A stretch of DNA of 64,000 bases. It comes from an uncultured Candidatus Saccharibacteria bacterium. Lineage in GTDB: Bacteria > Patescibacteriota > Minisyncoccia > Phycocordibacterales > UBA918. The translations under genes and the position numbers were made by a program. Below the pieces are notes generated by a model that saw only the letters and a program-made list of their open reading frames with translations, was not told the origin of the DNA and ran no database searches. The stretch lies in NCBI GenBank assembly GCA_964552045.1, contig CAZKFF010000001.1:120-64119 (forward strand). Reading direction: 5' to 3'. The stretch's first letter is position 1; each line of letters begins with the position of its first letter. Shown in pieces: positions 8,508-17,927 of this stretch.

Positions 8508-9008
8508 TCAGGCTCGTTTCTTCTTTTCTAGTAACTCCTGAAGCTGTACAACCAGTTTCTGCAGCGTTTTGATCTTTTCTTCCAGAGCCTTTACATCAGT
8601 GTCAGATGCCGCTTGCGCTGCCGCCTGTTTTCCCCAGCAGGATCGTGCCGAATTCCACGGATCGGTGCCCTGCATCATGTATAAGTGTTTTGCATAAGCG
8701 AGATTCCCTCCCAGGGTGGTAATGTCGTGGCCCAGCGCTTTTGCTGCAGTATCATGCACACGCTCATATATCTGAAATACGCCGACCATGCCGCCTCCCC
8801 ATCCTCCACGGAGCGGCAATCCGTCACTTCCAAACTGGCGGAACTTTGACTCGCACTGTGCAATTGCGATCATCACCGGAATATCGCTAAAAAATGATTT
8901 CACCTCTTCTTCGGTCGAAGAAGCAAAAGTTATGTGCGGCACAAAAAATGTTCCCACGAGGAGCGCACAAAGCAGGTACAACGCACCTGCTGCAGGTATT
9001 CTTCTCAT
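8508..9008 (-). CDS. Secreted lysozyme/lytic-transglycosylase-like protein
   Basis: Signal peptide. IAIAQCES (catalytic Glu), GVFQI and G.DPW motifs. C-terminal coiled coil. Confidence 0.7.
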   Translation of the reverse strand: MRRIPAAGALYLLCALLVGTFFVPHITFASSTEEEVKSFFSDIPVMIAIAQCESKFRQFGSDGLPLRGGWGGGMVGVFQIYERVHDTAAKALGHDITTLGGNLAYAKHLYMMQGTDPWNSARSCWGKQAAAQAASDTDVKALEEKIKTLQKLVVQLQELLEKKKRA

Positions 9009-9069
9009 CTTCCCATTTTAGCAACCTCTTCACGTGAGACAAGCTCTGCGTTTGCCTGCAATGCACGAG

Positions 9070-9097
9070 CTTCATCATCCCTTCATAACTCTTTCAT
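9070..9097 (+). promoter_or_regulatory. Triple (C/T)TTCAT direct repeat, 11-bp period (OmpR/PhoB-type box)
   Basis: TTCAT at 9071, 9082 and 9093. Confidence 0.6.
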
Positions 9098-9159
9098 CAC
9101 AATCTGGTGAAGTATGTGGGGTAGTCACAAAACTACACTTATTTGCTTAAATATATTAT

Positions 9160-9906
9160 ATGTCCCACACAAAAACAGTTCCTTACGCAGCAGCAGTGCT
9201 TGCAACAGTGCTAGTAGCAATGATGTCAACAACGGCATTCGCATTCCATTCGCCAGAGCATTACAGTCTTTTTGGCGAAGCAGCATATGTCTCTCCGGGT
9301 AATGCCTCCAACCGTGCTGTTGACCTCAGCTCTGATACCGACCCAGGATATGGCGGTATAGCATTCAGCGTAGAGGATGGAACCACCTTCGCAGATCTGG
9401 AGACTCTGAGCACTGATTACATGTTTGAAGCGGATGATTCGTGTGAAGGCGGTTCACCGCGTTTCCAAATTGGTCTTGAAGATGAGGACAGCGGCGACTC
9501 AGGAAACATCTTTGTCTACTTTGGTAGTGAGCCCAATTACAACGACTGCCCTTCCGGAGTCTGGACCAATACAGGTGACCTTCTTGGCTTTGGTTCGGTG
9601 GATTCGAGCCAGCTTGATGGCGGCACATTCTATGACTCATATGCAGACGCACTCGCGGCATATGGCGACTACACCGTTACCGAACTCTCGCTCGTAGTTG
9701 ATGCCGGATGGGCTGCAGAAGACGCTGAACAATCCGTGACAATAGACAACTCACAGGTCAACGATACGCTCTTCACGTATGAGATCCCGACCCCTGCTTC
9801 AAAAGATGAATGCAAGAAAGGGGGCTGGATGAACCGTGCTGACGACAACGGCAACGCGTTCAAGAATCAGGGACAGTGTGTCTCGTTTGCTGCACACCAG
9901 CAATAA
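9160..9906 (+). CDS. Secreted acidic protein with C-terminal CKKGGW...FKNQGQCVS motif
   Basis: Signal peptide ending AFA, beta-rich acidic body, Cys-bracketed C-terminal motif. Confidence 0.75.
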   Translation: MSHTKTVPYAAAVLATVLVAMMSTTAFAFHSPEHYSLFGEAAYVSPGNASNRAVDLSSDTDPGYGGIAFSVEDGTTFADLETLSTDYMFEADDSCEGGSPRFQIGLEDEDSGDSGNIFVYFGSEPNYNDCPSGVWTNTGDLLGFGSVDSSQLDGGTFYDSYADALAAYGDYTVTELSLVVDAGWAAEDAEQSVTIDNSQVNDTLFTYEIPTPASKDECKKGGWMNRADDNGNAFKNQGQCVSFAAHQQ

Positions 9907-9918
9907 CAAGCCGGCAAA

Positions 9919-9961
9919 GACACAGAAAGAAAACCACCCCTGGGGTGGTTCTTTCTGTGTC
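9919..9961 (+). terminator. Long hairpin terminator
   Basis: gacacagaaag..aaccacccc-t-ggggtggtt-ctttctgtgtc. Confidence 0.65.
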
Positions 9962-10112
9962 TCATAAGGCTGCAGCTGCGTATGAAGACGAGATGAAGAC
10001 AGGATACCACTGTGTATAAAAATCCTTTATGTTGAGCCGGTTTCTTATGCAGTTCCCGGCATGTATTCTTAGGTGTACAGTCTTGTCCACTTTTATTATG
10101 ATGTGACGTACA

Positions 10113-12173
10113 GTGAAGCGATACTCTGAAAAACTCTGGCCGATCACGAACAAAGGACTACTAGCCTATATTCTCGTATTTGCAGTGTATCTTGCGGCGG
10201 CTAAGTTCTCGCTCTTTGTTTTCTTTGTTTTTGATACGAATCCAGCGCTTATCTGGCCGCCGGTCGGACTTGGCCTGGCAGCAACGATCCTCTTCGGATA
10301 CCGCATGTGGATCCCCATCTTCCTCGCTCATTTTCTTGCCTACTTTTCTGAGTTTCCTGATGCGCTCACACTCTCTGCTCTGTTCGCTGCATCGTACGCG
10401 CTCCAGGCAGTGGCCGGACGATACATATTCTTCGCGCTCGATTTCGAAAGCACCTTTGAAAAGGTGCGGAATACTATCATCTTCATCATCTGTTGCTTTT
10501 TTATAACAATGATAGAACCGACGCTCGTCACCGCCATACAGATAGCTACCGACACGCTCTGGAACAGCAGTCCGCAGATCACCTGGGCACGGTCGTGGGG
10601 GGCGGGCCTCTTCAGCGCACTCGTCTACACCCCATTCATACTGTTCTGGTTCGGGCCGTTCAAAATGGCATCCCTTTCGGTCAAAGAGCGGCTAGAAATG
10701 CTGCTCGCGTTTACGCTCCTGGTGGTTGTCAACTATACCGTCTTCTGGACAGAAGCCGCGCAGTTCCTCGGTATCTTCATCATCTTTCTTCTTCCTGCAG
10801 TGCTTATCTGGTTTGCGCTCCGCCTCCATCCCCGCTGGCTGTCTCTGGCGATCTTCATCACCTCCGTCCATGGCGTTGCGGGCATGCTGTTTACCCCATC
10901 CGGACCAGCAGAGCTCGGCGGGCAGCTTCTTTCTGCTGAGATATACATATGCCTTATTGCGGCAATCTTTTATGTGTTCGCCGCAGTGGTAGACGAACGC
11001 CGGACTGCATATAAGGAACTGCAGCATGCGTACAAGGTCACATCTGAATCAGACAAAGCAAAAAACGAATTCATCGCCATACTCGCGCACGAATTACGCA
11101 ATCCGCTTGCACCGATCATCAGCTCGCTCGAGTTTTTGAAGCACAAACAGCAGGATGCGGAAACCCATGAAGTGCTTGAGAACGTCAGCCAGCATGCGCT
11201 CATGATACGCCGACTTCTTGATGACCTGCTCGACCTCGCGCGACTGTCGCAGAACAAGATAAAGCTCCGCAAAGAGAATGTGTCAGCCTCAAAGATCGTC
11301 CAGGAATCGCTTGAAAGCATTGTCCATCATGCAAAGGAACGAAACCTGAATATCGTCCAGAAGAGCCCGAAAGAGGACATACTATTCTTCGCCGATCCTG
11401 TGCGCATGAAACAAGTGATCATTAATCTGCTCCATAATGCGTGCAAATATACCAATCCCGGAGGTACGATCACGCTCGGCTACGGGGTTGCAGACGGTAA
11501 TTTCTTTGTGAGGATCGACGACACGGGAATCGGCATGGCCCCTGAACTCATTGCCCACATCTTTGAGCCGTTCCGGCAGCTTGCTGATGGTTCTAACTAC
11601 GGGACAGGTCTCGGGATCGGGCTCTTCCTCACACTGAAGCTTGTCGAGATACACGAGGGCCGCATTGACGTGTACAGCGAGGGTCCAGGGAAAGGAAGTT
11701 CCTTCACCATACGCATCCCCATGCCCGTCTCCCTCCAGGAAAAGGTCAAGGAAACAGAGACGGAAATCACCAAACAGGTTGTCGAAAGCCCCGCCGAATC
11801 CGCTCAGAAGCAGCGTATTCTCATCGTGGATGACAATGAGGCTGCCGCAAACATCCTTCAGAAACTATTGAAACTGAACAAGTACGCAACTGCAGTTGCG
11901 TACTCAGGCAGGCAGGCGCTTGACCTGCTTCCCACATTTGCTCCGCATGTCATATTCCTCGATATCGGTATGCCTGACATGGACGGTTATCAAACAGCGC
12001 AGAAAATACGTGAACACGCCTGGAGCGGCACCATTGTCGCTTTGAGCGGATACGGACAGGAGTCCGACAAAGAGAAAACCCGCGCAGCAGGATTTGACCA
12101 TCACCTGGTGAAACCGGTCGGTATCGAGGATATCGAGATGATTCTCGCACGCATCCGTACCGCAGAGACATAG
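10113..12173 (+). CDS. Hybrid sensor histidine kinase (MASE1-HisKA-HATPase-REC)
   Basis: Multi-TM N-terminus with IWPPVG. H-box AHELRNPL, N/G1/G2 boxes, receiver ILIVDDN...FLDIGMP...KP. Confidence 0.92.
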   Translation: MKRYSEKLWPITNKGLLAYILVFAVYLAAAKFSLFVFFVFDTNPALIWPPVGLGLAATILFGYRMWIPIFLAHFLAYFSEFPDALTLSALFAASYALQAVAGRYIFFALDFESTFEKVRNTIIFIICCFFITMIEPTLVTAIQIATDTLWNSSPQITWARSWGAGLFSALVYTPFILFWFGPFKMASLSVKERLEMLLAFTLLVVVNYTVFWTEAAQFLGIFIIFLLPAVLIWFALRLHPRWLSLAIFITSVHGVAGMLFTPSGPAELGGQLLSAEIYICLIAAIFYVFAAVVDERRTAYKELQHAYKVTSESDKAKNEFIAILAHELRNPLAPIISSLEFLKHKQQDAETHEVLENVSQHALMIRRLLDDLLDLARLSQNKIKLRKENVSASKIVQESLESIVHHAKERNLNIVQKSPKEDILFFADPVRMKQVIINLLHNACKYTNPGGTITLGYGVADGNFFVRIDDTGIGMAPELIAHIFEPFRQLADGSNYGTGLGIGLFLTLKLVEIHEGRIDVYSEGPGKGSSFTIRIPMPVSLQEKVKETETEITKQVVESPAESAQKQRILIVDDNEAAANILQKLLKLNKYATAVAYSGRQALDLLPTFAPHVIFLDIGMPDMDGYQTAQKIREHAWSGTIVALSGYGQESDKEKTRAAGFDHHLVKPVGIEDIEMILARIRTAET

Positions 12174-12174
12174 G

Positions 12175-12207
12175 ACACATCATCTCTTCATGTACTTCAT
12201 ATATGCT
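12175..12207 (+). promoter_or_regulatory. Box-dependent promoter of the gam-like gene
   Basis: ACACAT (12175), CTTCAT (12186-12191), 10 nt, TATGCT (12202-12207). Confidence 0.5.
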
Positions 12208-12227
12208 CTGTATGGAGTTCTTTAACC

Positions 12228-12791
12228 ATGAGGTATGACATGCCTTCCAAAACACGGCCAAAGCCTGCCTTCGCCTCACTTGCAGAAGCGGCAGAAGCAC
12301 AGAAGCGCATCGGGACATTGTTGCGGCAGATACACGCATGTGAAGATCAGTTTGAAAAGGAACGGGAAGTCATAGACAAGAAGGAAGACGACGCCATCCG
12401 TCCACTGCAGGCAGAAGCGCTGGAGCTCGGCAAACAGGTCTATGCGTTCGCCGTACAGCACAAAACCGAGCTTACCGACGGCGGCACACACAAGACCGTG
12501 AAACTTCCGATGCGCGCCGGCTCCTTCGCATGGTACACCACCCCTCCGGCGATCACGATCGAGAACGCACAGGAGGTGCTGCAGCGCATCAAGGAACTCG
12601 GCCTGCTGCGGTTCGTCAGGACCAAAGAGGAAGTGAACAGAGAGGCACTCCTCCAGGAACACACAATCGCCTCCACGATCGCGGGCGTGACAGTGTCCCG
12701 GCAGGACAAGTTCGCCATAAAACCAACCGGCGTCAAAGTACGACTTGAGTGCAATACGAAGACCAAGCGCTGGAAGATCGCCCTCCCGTAA
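12228..12791 (+). CDS. Mu Gam-family DNA end-protecting (host nuclease inhibitor) protein
   Basis: Long N-terminal helix, then ELTDGG.KTVKL, G.FAW..TPPAI, FVRTKEEVNREALL and IAGVTV...F.IKP. Confidence 0.82.
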   Translation: MRYDMPSKTRPKPAFASLAEAAEAQKRIGTLLRQIHACEDQFEKEREVIDKKEDDAIRPLQAEALELGKQVYAFAVQHKTELTDGGTHKTVKLPMRAGSFAWYTTPPAITIENAQEVLQRIKELGLLRFVRTKEEVNREALLQEHTIASTIAGVTVSRQDKFAIKPTGVKVRLECNTKTKRWKIALP

Positions 12792-12803
12792 TATACTTTC
12801 TCT

Positions 12804-12830
12804 GGAGCCGCCTTCAGGCGGCTCCTTTTA
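12804..12830. terminator. Terminator between convergent genes
   Basis: ggagccgcct-tc-aggcggctcc-tttt. Confidence 0.7.
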
Positions 12831-13013
12831 TTTGTGCTTCTTCTGTGGCAAGCCCGTGCGCTTTGTACTCGCCAATTCATGAAGCTCTTTTTTTGTCATT
12901 GATTCATACATTCCTTTGGATGCGCCCTTCAGCTCGCTTTTCTTTGTCTCACCCCTTTTTGCCGAAAGCGCAGCGCCTGCTGCCATCTGCTGCTTCTTTG
13001 ATTTTGCTGGCAT
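12828..13013 (-). CDS. DUF3008-family small stress protein
   Basis: MPAKSKKQQMAAGAALSAKRGE...LKGASKGMYESMT...ELASTKR.GLP. Confidence 0.85.
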   Translation of the reverse strand: MPAKSKKQQMAAGAALSAKRGETKKSELKGASKGMYESMTKKELHELASTKRTGLPQKKHK

Positions 13014-13023
13014 AGTATTATCT

Positions 13024-13875
13024 TTATCCATTAATTACCTCTCCCCCGTTGACATGAATGGTCTGTCCGGTGATGTACGTCGCGTCCCGTGACGCCAGAA
13101 AAATAATTGCGGGGGCAACCTCGTCCGGCTGGCCCGGACGTTTCATAGGCACCTGCTGCCCGAAGCTCGCCACCTTTTCCGGCGGAAATGTCGAGGGTAT
13201 CAACGGCGTCCAGATGGGTCCGGGCGCCACCGCATTGACACGCACATTTTTCTTGATGAGATTGCGCGACAGCGATCGGGTGAATGCCACAATAGCGCCT
13301 TTGGTGGAAGAATAATCCAAGAGCTGTGGACTGCCTGCATACGCAGTGATCGATGCGATATTGATGATCGATGAACCGCCTTCCATATGCGGAACAGCAG
13401 CCTGCGTCATATAGAACATGGAAAATATATTGGTGGCGAAGGTCTGCTGTAACTGCTCCTCCGTAATATCTTCTATGTTCTTTTGGGGATGTTGTTCCGC
13501 AGCATTGTTGCATAGAACATCAATACGCCCGAAGAGGCCCATAGTTTCTGTCACCACCCGAACACACTCCTCCTTCTTGCTGATGTCGGCTGATATCGAT
13601 AAGACTTCGCTGTCCGTTTCTTCGATCAGCTGGCGGGTCTTTTGTGCATCCTCGTGTTCATTCAAATAGACAATGACAACCTTCGCCCCTTCCTTGGCAA
13701 ACCCTATCGCCGTTGCTTTGCCTATGCCGCTGTCACCGCCGGTTATGATCGCCACCTTACCTTCGAACTTTCCTGCGCTGCGATAATCGCGCATCTCATC
13801 CTGCGGCTTTGGCTCCATCGGTTGTGTCCGTCCCGGCTGGACGTTTTGATGCTGCATTGGAAGGGTGTTATTCAT
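13024..13875 (-). CDS. General-stress short-chain dehydrogenase (YhdF/YghA-like)
   Basis: QPG...M.PKP N-terminus, TGGDSGIG, NNAAEQHP, YSSTK, VAPGPIWTPLIP. Confidence 0.92.
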   Translation of the reverse strand: MNNTLPMQHQNVQPGRTQPMEPKPQDEMRDYRSAGKFEGKVAIITGGDSGIGKATAIGFAKEGAKVVIVYLNEHEDAQKTRQLIEETDSEVLSISADISKKEECVRVVTETMGLFGRIDVLCNNAAEQHPQKNIEDITEEQLQQTFATNIFSMFYMTQAAVPHMEGGSSIINIASITAYAGSPQLLDYSSTKGAIVAFTRSLSRNLIKKNVRVNAVAPGPIWTPLIPSTFPPEKVASFGQQVPMKRPGQPDEVAPAIIFLASRDATYITGQTIHVNGGEVING

Positions 13876-13882
13876 GAAATTT

Positions 13883-13915
13883 ATTCTAAAAAACTCCTAT
13901 GAAGAAGACATGAAT
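13883..13915 (-). promoter_or_regulatory. Box-dependent leaderless promoter of the SDR-DUF3008 operon
   Basis: Minus strand reads ATTCAT-N5-CTTCAT, 10 nt, TAGAAT, 7 nt, ATG. Confidence 0.65.
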
Positions 13916-13977
13916 GGCACACGCAAACGTTCAGCTTGCACTGAGAGAGAAAAACGAGATAATATGCGCAACTAAAA

Positions 13978-14586
13978 ATGATCACACAAAAAAGAACTCG
14001 CAGAGCTTCCGCACAGAAGCATTCCGTGCAGGTTCCGGAACAGAAGAGCCTTCCATTATTCATACACGCACCGGCACGTTCGGTACAATATTTCGGCGTA
14101 GTCAACTATGCAACCACCGAGCGCGTCATTGAAGAGATTGCCGGCCTTGTTACAGAATCACCCTATGAGGAGATATACCTCTCGGTTACGTCTGCGGGCG
14201 GTCCGACCGGCACTGCCATGAGCTTTTACGACCACATGCAGTATGTGCTCAAGCCAAATCTGGTCACCATCGGTTCAGGTGATGTGGATTCTTCGGGTAT
14301 CATCATATTCTTATCCGGCAATAAGCGATTCATCACCAAGAACACCACGCTGCTGCTTCATCGCGCAGGACGGGTCTTTGACGAGGGTAAGCGGCTGACT
14401 GCGGCGGAGCTTGAGGCAATGTACCGTGAGGATTACCTTAAGGACTTTCAGTACGCTTCAGTGCTTGCTGAACGGTCGAATGGAAGGCTTACTGCGCAGA
14501 AAGCACTGCAGCTGATGGACAACAATGTCATTCTCACGCCGGTTGAAATGATCTCATACGGACTTGCGGACTCTATTCTGGAGTAA
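13978..14586 (+). CDS. Divergent ClpP-family peptidase subunit
   Basis: IYLSVTSAGG, GDVDSSG (Ser), LLLHR (His), and C-terminal ILTPVEMISYGLADSI. Confidence 0.8.
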   Translation: MITQKRTRRASAQKHSVQVPEQKSLPLFIHAPARSVQYFGVVNYATTERVIEEIAGLVTESPYEEIYLSVTSAGGPTGTAMSFYDHMQYVLKPNLVTIGSGDVDSSGIIIFLSGNKRFITKNTTLLLHRAGRVFDEGKRLTAAELEAMYREDYLKDFQYASVLAERSNGRLTAQKALQLMDNNVILTPVEMISYGLADSILE

Positions 14587-14606
14587 CAGCAATTAGCTCG
14601 TCACGT

Positions 14607-14639
14607 TTTAATCAGAGCTTCATGCCCACCGAGTACAGT
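14607..14639 (+). promoter_or_regulatory. Box-dependent promoter of the KGG gene
   Basis: TTTAAT (14607), CTTCAT (14618-14623), 10 nt, TACAGT (14634-14639). Confidence 0.5.
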
Positions 14640-14687
14640 TGATGTATGGTCGAATTTTAAAAGATCAACCATAACAAACACAATTGT

Positions 14688-14876
14688 ATGGCAGACAATA
14701 ATACGGACAAGCGCGGTTTCGCTTCAATGGATGCTGAAAAGCAGCGTGAAATTGCAAGCAAGGGCGGCAAAGCCGCTCATGAAAAAGGGACAGCGCATGA
14801 GTTCGACTCAGCAGAGGCTCGCGAAGCGGGCCGCAAAGGTGGACAAGCTCGTGGCGGCGGCAACAATAATGAATAA
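14688..14876 (+). CDS. KGG-repeat general stress protein (YciG/GsiB-like)
   Basis: RGFASMDAEKQREIASKGGKAAHEKGTAHEFDSAEAREAGRKGG. Confidence 0.93.
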   Translation: MADNNTDKRGFASMDAEKQREIASKGGKAAHEKGTAHEFDSAEAREAGRKGGQARGGGNNNE

Positions 14877-14914
14877 TAATGCTCTCTAATACCACATCTA
14901 CGTTTCCCCCCACA

Positions 14915-14946
14915 AAAATGGACTCCGTTCCCGCGGAGTCCATTTT
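14915..14946. terminator. Bidirectional terminator
   Basis: aaaatggactccg-ttcccg-cggagtccatttt. Confidence 0.75.
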
Positions 14947-14955
14947 GTAATGAAA

Positions 14956-15966
14956 TTACCAGGCATCAATAGAACTCATGCATGCATCACGGCGTTCGGC
15001 ATTGAGTGACTCACACAGAAGTATATATGCATTCCGATCTTCCTCTCCGCGTCCAATGAACTGCCAACTTGCGCCTTCCCGACACAAGGCCTGTGCGTGT
15101 TCGTGCGGCATGGTATTACACTCTTTAATGACCACATCGTACGCATAGCGGGACTGCTCGGTTATCGTGTTCCCGATTCCTTGGAAGCAGGCATTGGAAT
15201 TGGCCGTACCCACAGAAAGCTCCGCACAGAGCTCTCCCATCCTCTTATAGTCATTGCTCAAATGCCTCGCCCACCATTGTGGCTGCTCCTGAAAGCAGGA
15301 AGCCTGGAACTGTTCCGGCAGGCTTATGCACGGTAGATACATGTTTTCTCCCAACGGACGGTAATAATCTTCGGAAGGCTCCTCCATAGTGTGAAAATTA
15401 TATTCCATAAATACCCCGCCGGTGCATCCGCCGGTTGGTTTTGCTGAAATGGTCGTGCACCAGGTAAGTGCATCGAGAAGATTCTCATAACCAGTGTAGA
15501 CCAACAAACCATGCCCCAAGCCATGCTGACAGCGGGTATCTACCGATCCATACTTTTCCTTGCAGGCAGCATCAAGTTCAGGGAGTATCTCGATCCCCTT
15601 GGCATAAATGGCTGCGTTAAAAAAGCCATGGTAGCATCCGAAACCAAAGGAACCGTCGCACTCTCCGAGCCCTTTCATATCGTATTCCTCATACAGCAAC
15701 TCCCCGAGCATGTGCATGAGTGTATGCGTCTGCGTACCCCGCTGTGTTATTTCTTCGATGATACGGCCATAGACATCCTGCGGTTCGTGCTGCTTAAAAA
15801 GCTCTCGCCATGCTTCTTTCTGCTGCAGCAACACCTCATTGGGCGAGAGTGCACGCACCTCGATGTTTCTGCTCTCTGCTGCATCCCACTGCGCGTATGC
15901 AGCAAACCCGAGAAGCGCTACGCCGATTGCACACAGTGTAACTGTATATGTATGTGCTTTTTTCAT
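14956..15966 (-). CDS. Membrane-anchored Cys/His-rich repeat protein
   Basis: N-terminal TM. Repeats HTLMHMLG, GCYHG, CQHGLGHG, GCTGGVFME. Start MKKAHT lies 2 nt after the upstream stop. Confidence 0.75.
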   Translation of the reverse strand: MKKAHTYTVTLCAIGVALLGFAAYAQWDAAESRNIEVRALSPNEVLLQQKEAWRELFKQHEPQDVYGRIIEEITQRGTQTHTLMHMLGELLYEEYDMKGLGECDGSFGFGCYHGFFNAAIYAKGIEILPELDAACKEKYGSVDTRCQHGLGHGLLVYTGYENLLDALTWCTTISAKPTGGCTGGVFMEYNFHTMEEPSEDYYRPLGENMYLPCISLPEQFQASCFQEQPQWWARHLSNDYKRMGELCAELSVGTANSNACFQGIGNTITEQSRYAYDVVIKECNTMPHEHAQALCREGASWQFIGRGEEDRNAYILLCESLNAERRDACMSSIDAW

Positions 15967-15968
15967 AC

Positions 15969-16661
15969 TTATTGGCTTTGTTGCAGGCACGCAGACAGCT
16001 GTGCTGTCTGCGTCCATCCGCATTCTCCCCCTTGCTGGCGTTCGCAGACAGCATCCTGATAGCATGCGTACGCTTCTCGGTATTCGCAGGTCGAGGCCAG
16101 GTCTGGATCGTCACTGCACAGTTGGGCCGAGCAGCCACCGACATAACACGCTCCCGCAGTTGGATCTTCAGCAGGTTCAGTCTCAGCACCAGACCGCTTC
16201 ACCACTTCGAACTCAAACACGTACTCGTCTTGTTCTATGGTCCTCGTGGATATGCTTTTCGGGTCCACACCCGTGAATGTAATTCGCTCTGCTTCGGTTG
16301 TAAGGATATCTCCGAGCGCCAGCGTATCTGTACTTGTCCCTAATCCGGACACAGTCTGCAGCACAACCCGGACGGTTCCTGCCTGAATGCACTGCACATC
16401 ACTCGGGCATCTGCTGTCCTCGGTTATTTCGAGCACCGTGATGTGAACCCCTTCAAAGGCTGCTGTTCCCCCCACAGACAGCTGCACATCTCCATATGGC
16501 AGCAGTTGAAGCGTATCGGTCTGCGTGGCCGGATCAGGGTGCATTTTTCCCCCGTCCTGCAGGGGCGCATTTTCATTGGAATTCCAACGAACAAACACTG
16601 CTGCGGTAACGCACAGTATGCACAGTACCGCAAGGAGGATGGCCAGCACGTCCTTTTGCAT
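15969..16661 (-). CDS. Membrane-anchored protein with DSRCP..VQC..AG domain and C-terminal Cys-cluster domain
   Basis: EDSRCPSDVQCIQAG and CYVGGCSAQLC...STCEY...ACY...CERQ..GECGW. Confidence 0.75.
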   Translation of the reverse strand: MQKDVLAILLAVLCILCVTAAVFVRWNSNENAPLQDGGKMHPDPATQTDTLQLLPYGDVQLSVGGTAAFEGVHITVLEITEDSRCPSDVQCIQAGTVRVVLQTVSGLGTSTDTLALGDILTTEAERITFTGVDPKSISTRTIEQDEYVFEFEVVKRSGAETEPAEDPTAGACYVGGCSAQLCSDDPDLASTCEYREAYACYQDAVCERQQGGECGWTQTAQLSACLQQSQ

Positions 16662-16681
16662 ATGCCGTCAGTATAGCATCA

Positions 16682-17455
16682 TTACTCTTCCTGCAGCCTG
16701 TTTGCATGCAAGATCGTCCCTGTGACCGCTTCGCGTTCGCCGTGTATGAATGAGAGGACCAATGCTGCAGCCTCATCGGGTGTGCGTATCTTCCCGGCTT
16801 TGGGATCGCTTTCGATCAGAGTTCGTATCTCATCGGTGATCCATCCGGTGTCCGTGGGTCCAGGATCGACCGCATTGATGGTGATGCCCAGAGTGCGCAG
16901 CTCGAGTTCGAGCTGAAGTGTCAGCATTTCAAGCCCCGCTTTGGTTATCGCATACGGCAACTCCCCTTCCATGATCCCCAATGACTGCCCCGATGTGAGA
17001 TTCACGATCCGCCCTCCAGTCTCCTTCCTGAAGTGCTGTACGAACTCCCGGCACAGAAGCACTGCTGCGCGAACATTCACGGCATAGTGCGCATCAAGCA
17101 GGGCTGCATCCACATCCATAAATGACTGACGAGTGGACACACATGCGTTGTTGATGAGCATGTCCGGTGTGCCGAAAGTGCGGACAACTTCTCGCATAAG
17201 CTGTGCGGGTGTTTCACTATCGCTTAAGTCCGCCTCGAATGCTGCAGCTTGTCCACCGCATTTCTGAAACTCTGCGGCGAACGCAACCGGATCCTCCTGA
17301 CTTCCCTGCAGATTCCCTCCCTCGTCATACGCCCGCCAATAGGTATAAAAAATGGACGCCCCTTTTTTCGCAAGAGCCGTACAGACCGCGTATCCAATGC
17401 CGGACCTGCGTCCAACACCGGTTACAAGCGCCACTTTTCCGTCCAATGCTTTCAT
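16682..17455 (-). CDS. SDR oxidoreductase (3-ketoacyl-reductase-like)
   Basis: TGVGRRSGIG, LINNA, TSGQ, YAITK, PGPTDTGW. TATAAT lies 6 nt upstream of ATG 17455. Confidence 0.9.
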   Translation of the reverse strand: MKALDGKVALVTGVGRRSGIGYAVCTALAKKGASIFYTYWRAYDEGGNLQGSQEDPVAFAAEFQKCGGQAAAFEADLSDSETPAQLMREVVRTFGTPDMLINNACVSTRQSFMDVDAALLDAHYAVNVRAAVLLCREFVQHFRKETGGRIVNLTSGQSLGIMEGELPYAITKAGLEMLTLQLELELRTLGITINAVDPGPTDTGWITDEIRTLIESDPKAGKIRTPDEAAALVLSFIHGEREAVTGTILHANRLQEE

Positions 17456-17535
17456 ATCCCGATTATACAGACTTTTGGAGAAGCGCCTAGACACTGTTAC
17501 TGTTGTGTTCTAAGCTAGAGCATAAGGAGGAACAC

Positions 17536-17814
17536 ATGGGACAGATGCTGCACTGCGATAGTTCCGTCCTTCGTGGAGAAATGATCTTCGAGGACAGGGC
17601 GCATTTCTATCCGCCCCATCTGCTTGAAGCCTGGAAGAAAAAGCTTCAAGAACGTACCTGCCAAGCCGTTGAATGGCAATACGTCGATGGCAGGTTCGTC
17701 CAGCTGTACACTACTGGCGATCCTGACACGGTCACCGACGAAATGCGCTGCGGAGGGCTCGACATCGAGACATTCGCACGCACATACTTTGCTTCACAGC
17801 AAAAGCCGCCGTAG
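17536..17814 (+). CDS. Hypothetical protein
   Basis: Strong SD (aaggagg) 5 nt before the ATG, followed by a terminator. Confidence 0.6.
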   Translation: MGQMLHCDSSVLRGEMIFEDRAHFYPPHLLEAWKKKLQERTCQAVEWQYVDGRFVQLYTTGDPDTVTDEMRCGGLDIETFARTYFASQQKPP

Positions 17815-17827
17815 GCGGCTTTTTTTT
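17801..17827 (+). terminator. Intrinsic terminator
   Basis: aaaagccgcc-gta-ggcggctttt plus a T-run. Confidence 0.75.
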
Positions 17828-17852
17828 GGGCGTGTCCAGGTCATAGCTGTTT

Positions 17853-17918
17853 CTTCATGGAGTCTTCATAAAAACTTCATACACTCGGGTGTCTGGCTCA
17901 ACAGATATATTGTACTAT
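17853..17918 (+). promoter_or_regulatory. Three perfect CTTCAT repeats (11-bp period) upstream of the response regulator
   Basis: CTTCAT at 17853, 17864 and 17875. -10 TACTAT at 17913-17918. Confidence 0.72.
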
Positions 17919-17927
17919 TAAGCAATT

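Noticed and set aside
12228-12791. Mu-like prophage around gam
   Set aside because: No transposase, structural or other phage genes flank it.
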